Assembly: GCA_002633005.1 (NCBI GenBank)
Contig: NMRA01000021.1
Location: 650,084-705,520 of the forward strand
Direction of reading: 5' to 3'
DNA from: Phoronis australis
Lineage: Eukaryota; Animalia; Phoronida
Length of the DNA: 55,437 nucleotides
Below, one piece after another: positions 48,501 to 55,437 of this stretch. Each line of letters begins with the position of its first letter. Within the stretch, counting starts at the first letter, position 1. The translations under genes and the position numbers were made by a program. The notes under the pieces are model-generated. The model worked only from the letters and a program-made list of their open reading frames with translations, made no database searches and was not told the DNA's origin.

Positions 48501-48742
48501 TCCCAATCACTGTCAAGCTCTAACTAAATTTTGCTCAAATACTGCTTTCCTTGGTATTTTTACAAAACAAAGACAAGAAAATAACAGAGAATCGTGCTGA
48601 AGTGAGTTTTAATCTACGCATCCGTTTTCTCAATAATGAGTTTAGTTCACAATTTTGACAATTTAATGTTTCAGAGGATAACCTGGACGATGTACCGGAC
48701 GAACTGATGAAAGAGATGTTGAAAAACGAGGAGATTTACTAA
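42407..48742 (+). CDS. Putative cationic Cys-containing antimicrobial/host-defence peptide precursor, copy 2 (144 aa); join(42407..42510,45044..45152,45834..45927,46687..46746,48675..48742)
   Basis: Same exon sizes (104,109,94,60,68) and phases as copy 1. MNKVLVACLLVSVLSAMVVENEA|WWIRRRFISKILPWACRLVCRLKHGAARAACIACKIKY|GKR|DEIEQRQLNEADLQEALKKVPEDQREMVLRGIKDPDAFAKALLDKDFNEPEELDARGQEDNLDDVPDELMKEMLKNEEIY. Confidence 0.88.
42670..42782. repeat. 39-bp tandem repeat, about 3 units, specific to unit 2
   Basis: GTCCTAAATCACTTTAAAGACCCTCCCAATTCTTAATAA starting at 42670, 42709 and 42748. Confidence 0.9.
43938..44580 (+). mobile_element. Intronic copy of the 17295-18090 repeat in unit 2
   Basis: Reverse-complement similarity; retains only one hairpin arm. 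Confidence 0.75.
45044..45152 (+). CDS. Peptide gene 2, coding exon 2
   Basis: Acceptor TTCTTTCATTTCAG; donor CAG|GTAAAT. Confidence 0.88.
45834..45927 (+). CDS. Peptide gene 2, coding exon 3
   Basis: Acceptor TTCTCTTTAAG; donor G|GTACAA. Confidence 0.82.
46403..46610. repeat. 39-bp minisatellite, about 5.3 units, single unit in the paralog (about 30428-30465)
   Basis: Unit ATTGCTAATCTTGTGACTGCGAGTGACGTATGTGTCGCT. Confidence 0.95.
46687..46746 (+). CDS. Peptide gene 2, coding exon 4
   Basis: Acceptor TTTTTGTTTTACAG; donor AAG|GTATAG. Confidence 0.82.
48675..48742 (+). CDS. Peptide gene 2, coding exon 5
   Basis: Acceptor AATGTTTCAG; ends EEIY-TAA. Confidence 0.82.
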
Positions 48743-49023
48743 GCAGTGGTAGGCACTCGTAACATTATTTTTCTCAATAAACCATTAGAGTGATTATTTT
48801 CAATAGGGCATTGATTTATTTTAAGTACTCGCATGAACACTTTATCATGTAACTTCATTCATGTTGTTTTCGCGGTTACCAAATTTTACAGCTGTTTGCG
48901 TTTTTGTAAAATAAGAAAGGCATGAAGGGTTGTGGTGTGTTTTCTTTTCAAAAAAAGAAACTCCTCAAGAGATTTGCAAAAATGATGTCTGATTTGCATT
49001 GCTTGGCAAATCATGGCGTTTCA

Positions 49024-49287
49024 CATGCACGCACCCAGCCTAAAAAGTAGGGGGGCTCGAATTTTTGAGAATGTGGACTTTTTACTAAAAAAACGGGTTA
49101 CGTTCAGAGCTATGAATTGTGCATTCGCCGAATTCTTGCCTTTTAAGTGGACTTTTGTAGTATCGTTTTTCACTTTTTCGGACTTTTTGTTTCTCTGAGG
49201 CGGACCTTTTTGTCCACTTCGCCAAATGGGGGGTCGCGCCTTCGAGCTCCCGGAGACCCCCCCCCCCCACCCCTGGATGCGTGCATG
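49024..49287 (+). mobile_element. GC-rich MITE with TIRs, specific to unit 2 at this site
   Basis: TIRs CATGCACGCACCCAG / CTGGATGCGTGCATG; TTTCA on both flanks; absent from the paralog near 32435. Confidence 0.8.
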
Positions 49288-49757
49288 TTTCAATCCTTGC
49301 TTACGTGGCTTTAGACATATTTAAAAAAATGAGAGACCATGACTGAAATTAATGCGGGCGGGCGTTTTTAGGCGGTGAGCGCAGGTCTTAAAATGAGCAA
49401 GGGTACAGATCGGTACCAACTATGCTCTCTGCCCAATTGCTTGTTTTGTATATTTGTGTCAATTATGTAAACGAGTATTAATTGTTTCATCTAAATAGTT
49501 TACAGATGAAACGTTTCCTGTTGCCCTGTTGAAATCTGTATTCGTTTTCTGGACAGTAATGTAGTCCATTGTATATGAAATAACTAAGAAATGCTAAAAG
49601 ACCAACAAAGGCGTGACCAATGCTGTTTGCAATTATATTCCACTTGTCAATATTCTGTGTGGAGAAGTCTGATGTCCAGCATTATCGCTATTGCAAAATA
49701 AATGTTTGAAATATACATTAACTCTCCAACTTGTCTACTTATTCGTCTACTTTTCAG

Positions 49758-49905
49758 TGTCGGTGAATGACTGCCTCCGAATAAGAACGTTACGACAGAA
49801 ACCAGATGTTCCTATTTATATTTGCTTAGATTTGCTTCCTATTTTCTGTGTAGATCTACATGTATTCTATCACTGCATCAATAAATCACGTTACGAATGC
49901 AAAAA
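49758..49905 (+). other. Putative 3' UTR exon with poly(A) signal of peptide gene 2
   Basis: Donor at 48749, acceptor TACTTTTCAG, AATAAA at 49880-49885. Confidence 0.6.
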
Positions 49906-52086
49906 TGTGTTTTTATCAGTTGCAAGGAACATCCGTTCTCGTCAAAATACGACGCGTCACTGAACATTTTATGAGTCTGTACCGTTGTTTCTCGGTCCTT
50001 ATATTTCTCCCGTCTTTACGTTCCCCAAGCGATGTTCCATAGTCCCTATGTTACCTTAGGGCTATGTTCCCTTTTTCCGATGTTCCCCTGATCCGATGCT
50101 CCCTGTCCCGATGCCCCCCCCCCNCCCCCCCCCCCCCGACCCTACTCATATTTTCTATGGACCTGCAGTCAAATTCTTGGAGTTAATTTTCTCATCTATT
50201 AGTTGATTTTCCATTTAGCATCACTGAAATATATTTTAAGCTTCCTCCTTATAACACATAACTTAGCACAAGAATACGGAATATAATGCGTTTTTTTCTG
50301 AAAGGTAAATGTTTTTGTTATGGAGCGTTCACAAATTACGTCATCCAAAATTTGGAACTTTTTACCCCCCTTCTTCCCTCTCCGCTGTCTCATCACCCAT
50401 CATCATGATATAACAGGATCTAATTACGTCACAAGAGCCAAACCCCTACCTTGTTTTGGAAAAAAGAAACATTTCGATGAAGATTCCGTCTTACGATTCT
50501 ACTAACAAGCTGATGTCTCTTTATAATCGTAAGTTGCATTAGCTGCTGTTGCACCTTATTCAGCAATGAAATAAAGTACTGTACGTCATTTCAACGAACA
50601 AAAATAATGAATATTATCATACCTAACTATATCAGAGGCCTGGGGATAGGGCGGGACAACAAAATGTTTTACTGCCGGAGGGTGGCATTTTTATGAACCT
50701 ACATATTTATATTCACTATACTTGCACGAATTTGGCATTAGGCTTGAAAGCGAAATGTTGTCCAAATTACAATGGTTCTGCCAATGAAATAACTTAGGAG
50801 AGTTGAAGTCATGTGATCATTGCGGCGTTCTGCATGTTTGGAACATGCGCGCCTACGTTTGCTTTGTTATAGTTGATGCTGAAATGAGGCATCGGGTGAC
50901 CTAAACAAAAATGGACAACAATCAATTTTGTTGCGCCACCAAAGTGTGCAAGCAGTGAATGTGAACATTGCCTTCTTTCCGGGCGTCCGTCGTCCGCTGG
51001 TGTATCTCGAAAATGAAATGCCTTGTACGATCCGAGATTAGACGACGATCTGACTGCGTACTGCCCCTAGTGGCAATTTTAGATTTCACGTTTGCCTCTC
51101 TACCTGTGAAGTTCCTTGATCTGTCTTCATGAAATTTGGCAACATTACGCCTTTTAATTTTCCGACGAACTTGACGTATTTTGCGCCACCTGAATTGGGA
51201 TGAACATTAAGGAAATCATGACTGTAGTCTATGCAGGACAGGTGTTTCCGAAATTGTAACCTGTACATGTTGGAAACCGTACAATAAAATCAAACACCCA
51301 AAGTCATTCTCATTTTTGGCTGATGCAAACAAATGAAAAGAATGTAAAAACATCACTTTTGACCGGTTGGCCAACCCGTACAAAATAGTGCCGTTCCAAG
51401 TCGGCAATGACATGCCTCACTTCGATTCTTTGTGACGGTAGAAACCAATCGCGAGGAAAACTGTAAGCTGATTTCGTGATTTTAACATGAAGGTCTCAAA
51501 AGGATTAGAGATGAGCTTTCAAGGATATTAGGCTCAAGCACAAAGCGGCTCATAAAGAACTGCAAAACAACGTGCAAAAATTGAGGACATATTACAAATC
51601 GACAAATCATTGTTTGTTTTAAATCCATTTTTTAATTTTTCCGAGTAAAGGAAACAGGAGTGATGAAGCCCAGATACTAAAAACATCAACGGTCACGTGG
51701 CATTGATTTTGATGCTCGAGATTGCAAAGTATTGTCATGCTTTTTCGGCTGAAAATATCCCACGTGGTAACATATGGAGATAACTCTGACCGACTATATT
51801 ATTATATAGATACTACACGCTCACTGGAGTAGACTAGCAAAGTAAAATGGTGAATAGGAATTGGTTTGATTATAAGTGCAAACAGTCATTGTAGTTTGCA
51901 CTCATTTCGATGAACAGTCATAATAATTATAAGGACTATGAAAATTGGGCGCAGTGTACCCTCTGTAATAACGTAAAACGTGATAGTGATTGACGTCAGA
52001 CTCCACGGATAATATTCTGCCGACACGCAAAATCGGTGTAGATGGACATCGGTGTGCATGCCTGCTTGGATGTTTGTCTACCACCA

Positions 52087-52408
52087 ACTCTACCTAAAAT
52101 TCTAGCCATATTCAGGTGCTCTGGACATCAATTGAAAATAGAAACTGGTAGGAACCATGACATTCCAAAGGAAGATAGGCTTTGCGAAATTTCCAACTGC
52201 TCAGAAACTGAAGACGAAATACACTTATTACTTAACTGCCCCCGTACTTAACGATATTAGAATGAATTTTTTACCAGAAATATACAGACAGTATACTGAC
52301 ATCGAAAACGCCAAATACTTCAAAACAAACTCTGGCAATCTTTTGAAAATACAATCCTTATTTATATTAAAGGCTTATGATAATAGACAGGAAACTCTAA
52401 CATTGTAA
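52087..52408 (+). mobile_element. 3' fragment of a non-LTR retrotransposon ORF2 (RTEX/CR1-like C-terminus)
   Basis: LAIFRCSGHQLKIETGRNHDIPKEDRLCEISNCSETEDEIHLLLNCP matches the FR.S.H.L.IE.GR...IP...R.C..C...EDE.H.L..CP terminal motif; frameshifted afterwards. Confidence 0.8.
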
Positions 52409-52429
52409 ATGTGTAATTATGGATATATG

Positions 52430-52675
52430 TGTAACAGGAGTGCCCTGGACATGATTATGTAAGTAAGATATATGCGCCCTCTAGTGGTCAAGCTGTGTAT
52501 TACGTATGGAATTTTCCTATGATGTTGAGTCCTTTGGACATGGCCAAATATGGTCAGAAGCTAGGAGCTATGGGCCTTGCCCTTCAGATCGTGTCTGATT
52601 GGTTGAAATTGTGTACTTAAGCTTTGTCTCTGTCAGACACGAGGAGTCCAGTCGCAGAGTTCAAGAAGCAAACAT
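52430..52675 (+). mobile_element. Probable 5' LTR (left part) of the Gypsy element, running into a gap
   Basis: Begins TGTAAC directly after the LINE tail and upstream of gag; no second LTR is in the window to confirm. Confidence 0.5.
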
Positions 52676-53177
52676 NNNNNNNNNNNNNNNNNNNNNNNNN
52701 NNNNNNNNNNNNNNNNNNNNNNNNNNNNNNNNNNNNNNNNNNNNNNNNNNNNNNNNNNNNNNNNNNNNNNNNNNNNNNNNNNNNNNNNNNNNNNNNNNNN
52801 NNNNNNNNNNNNNNNNNNNNNNNNNNNNNNNNNNNNNNNNNNNNNNNNNNNNNNNNNNNNNNNNNNNNNNNNNNNNNNNNNNNNNNNNNNNNNNNNNNNN
52901 NNNNNNNNNNNNNNNNNNNNNNNNNNNNNNNNNNNNNNNNNNNNNNNNNNNNNNNNNNNNNNNNNNNNNNNNNNNNNNNNNNNNNNNNNNNNNNNNNNNN
53001 NNNNNNNNNNNNNNNNNNNNNNNNNNNNNNNNNNNNNNNNNNNNNNNNNNNNNNNNNNNNNNNNNNNNNNNNNNNNNNNNNNNNNNNNNNNNNNNNNNNN
53101 NNNNNNNNNNNNNNNNNNNNNNNNNNNNNNNNNNNNNNNNNNNNNNNNNNNNNNNNNNNNNNNNNNNNNNNNNNNNN

Positions 53178-53575
53178 TTTTTTCACTACCAACCGCCGTG
53201 GAGTATTTGTTACTGTTTCTTTGAAGGGAGATATTGTTGGGCAGTTTCTAAGATACGTTTTCTTGCCGCCCTCAAAATGAGCGCTGCACACTTTATGCTA
53301 CGAAGTCGGAAAGAATTCACGAAGTCGGCCTTTGCTACCAGCTCTACCGATGTCTCTGACCCATGTTTAACGCAGTTCTTGATCCTTGGGAAACAGGTAG
53401 TAACTAAATTTTTTATTTCGCTAACTGGTATTATAGCATGCCAGGCACACAACACGTATAACCTCCCTGTGGCCGGTTCGTCCCCACGCTTGCCGACGTT
53501 CTTGTTTACCAGCTTAACCACAATGCAACATTCTGACCCATTTCCAATATGGCGGCGTTGCAACTCCGCTATTAC
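53178..53575 (-). mobile_element. THAP-domain-encoding DNA transposon fragment nested in the Gypsy leader
   Basis: GGYTCCVPG..KFSYYLFPKDQELR*TWVRDIGR..KVCSAHFEGGKKTYLRNCPTI gives THAP C..C..FP..W..CSxHF..PT with stops and frameshifts. Confidence 0.75.
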
Positions 53576-53652
53576 TGAGAGTATCATCTACTGACCTCAG
53601 GCTCAGTTCTATACGATACATTTGCTGATTTCATCCAATTCCATAATCCAAA

Positions 53653-55437
53653 ATGGCCCGTTTCTTGTCAAATGTGTCGAATTGGTTTACTCCCTCGTTT
53701 ATGGCGACAGATAACCACATCGAACCGGATCCTCTGCCTGAAATTGTCCCAGTTGGTGATTATAGAGACCGTTCCCCTGAAATGCCATACGTCGACTGTC
53801 CAAGCAACAGCCCGCCTAGTGTATTATCATTTGACCATCAGCGACAGGCCACTATAAATGTAAATCAGACTGAGAGGGGAGGATTGGATTCGATGGCTCC
53901 CTGTATCAAGCAAAATTCAAAACAGCAGCAACAACACGCGCTCGCCCTACCGAAACGCAAAGAACGGGTGCCACAACATTTTGACGGAAAATCATGTGAA
54001 TGGCCGGACTTTCTGCGCCAATTTTTGAGAAAATTTGTAGGTGGAATGGTTGGGACGAGCAGGAGTCGGCCATGCAGTTAGTCATGTGTCTGCGGGGGCC
54101 GGTGTATCAAGCAAAATTCAAAACAGCAGCAGCAACAACACGCGCTCGCCCTACCGAAACGCAAAGAACGGGTGCCACAACATTTTGACGGAAAATCATG
54201 TGAATGGCCGGAATTTCTGCGCCAATTCGTGAAAATTTGTAGGTGGAATGGTTGGGACGAGCAGGAGTTGGCCATGCAGTTAGTCATGTGTCTGCGGGGG
54301 CCGGCCTTGCGTGCTGTAGGGGACCTCGACGATGAAGTGTCTGAGAATTTTGACGATTTAAAAGCGGCGCTTACGCAGCTGTTCTGTCCCGCAGAACGCG
54401 TCGCCGCTCACAGATGCGAGTTTCGAGGAAGGACAAGGGGGAAAACGGAAAACATCTCAGACTATGGTTTTAGTCTAAAACGGCTAGCCAATGGCATTCC
54501 CTGAGTTAACCAGTGACGCCCGTGAAGTTTTGGTTGTAGACCAATTCATAGCTGGGCTTAACGACCAGGCGCTGCGGAGGCACGTACAATTTCAGAGGCC
54601 ACTGTCCGTGGACATAGCGATTTCTCATGCACTCAAGTTCGAGGCATTTGAGGGGACCTGGTGCAGTCGGAAAAACAAAACTTCGGATGTGGCTCCCTGC
54701 CCCGACACACGAGTCATGACCATGCGGGAGCGTCCAACCAACAGGCCGGACCATGCTGACATGGCCGAGATAAAGAGGGCATTAGCGGATGTTCAGCGCC
54801 AGCTCAGCGACCGAAAGCNCCAACAGGCCGGACCATGCTGACATGGCAGAGATAAAGAGGGCATTAGCGGATGTTCAGCGACAGCTCAGCGACCGAAAGC
54901 CCCGGGAACCAATCCGCTGTTACAACTGTGGGCAGGAGGGACACATCGCCAGGAAATGTCCCCAGGAAAGGAAGGGGAACACTTGTAAATCAGATACTAT
55001 TGAGTTGTCAAACTAGGACCGGTCGGGTCCGCGGCCAAGGCCTCGACCGGGTTTGCAGAATGTTCGTCGTTTGTTTTTGTGGATTTGTTTGGAGAAAAGT
55101 TTCCCGCTTTAATAGACGGCGGTTCGCCTTGTTCTCTTATGTCTAGAGACGTTTTTTAGTTAAGTAGTTCACATATAAGTAGTTTAGAACCCACTCTCAT
55201 TTCATTGTCAGGCGCAGGTGGGGCGCGTATTAATGATTACGGTTGCGTGGTGGCTGATTTTGACGTAGAAGGCTTGCGACTGAAGCAGCGATTTGTTGTC
55301 GCCGACGTCAATCCTTAGGTGATTCTTGGATTAGACTTTTTGAAACATAATTTTTGTAATCTGAGTGCAGCTCCGGAGGGTGACGTTTTACACCTCTGTG
55401 GAAAGTCGATCAATCTTTTGTCGGAGAAGAGGGCACT
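53653..55437 (+). mobile_element. Degenerate Ty3/Gypsy LTR retrotransposon: gag and aspartic protease, continuing beyond the window
   Basis: Gag motifs PQHFDGKSCEWPEFLRQF..WNGW..CLRGPA and DQFIAGL; CCHC knuckle CYNCGQEGHIARKC; protease ALIDGGS..ILGLDFL. Frameshifts, stops and an internal ~200-bp duplication. Confidence 0.9.

Larger units (their letters stand above)
38504..52078 (+). repeat. Tandem segmental duplication, unit 2 (about 13.6 kb)
   Basis: Colinear with 19790-35000. Confidence 0.92.

Noticed and set aside
54739-54898. About 80-bp direct repeat in gag around a single N
   Set aside because: Near-identical overlap on either side of a one-base gap is typical of an unmerged contig overlap.

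Overview
Draft-assembly window (several N gaps) from an AT-rich, repeat-rich, intron-containing animal genome; the domain content suggests a marine invertebrate, but the species cannot be determined from the sequence. The left part holds two intronless minus-strand receptor genes: an SRCR-SRCR-WSC-kringle-kringle-EGF-EGF-TM protein (1310-3490) and an LRR-LRRCT-Ig-TM protein (12642-14985) broken by a stop codon, an insertion and a contig join. A CYP2-clan-like cytochrome P450 pseudogene follows. The main finding is missed by the ORF track: a 14-15 kb tandem segmental duplication (about 19790-35000 and 38504-52078). Each copy carries an intact plus-strand gene with five coding exons that splice in frame to a 144-aa prepropeptide. 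The precursor has a 23-aa signal peptide, a 38-aa Trp/Arg-rich 4-Cys peptide with no acidic residues (WWIRRRFIRKIIPWACRIVCRLNHKAARVACIACKIKY), a G-K-R amidation/cleavage site and an 80-aa acidic propiece. This is the architecture of a cationic antimicrobial (host-defence) peptide precursor, and I do not recognise the family. The remainder is transposon debris: MITEs, Helentron/HINE-like elements with CTCF-like motifs, LINE fragments, THAP relics, and a decayed Gypsy LTR element at the right end.
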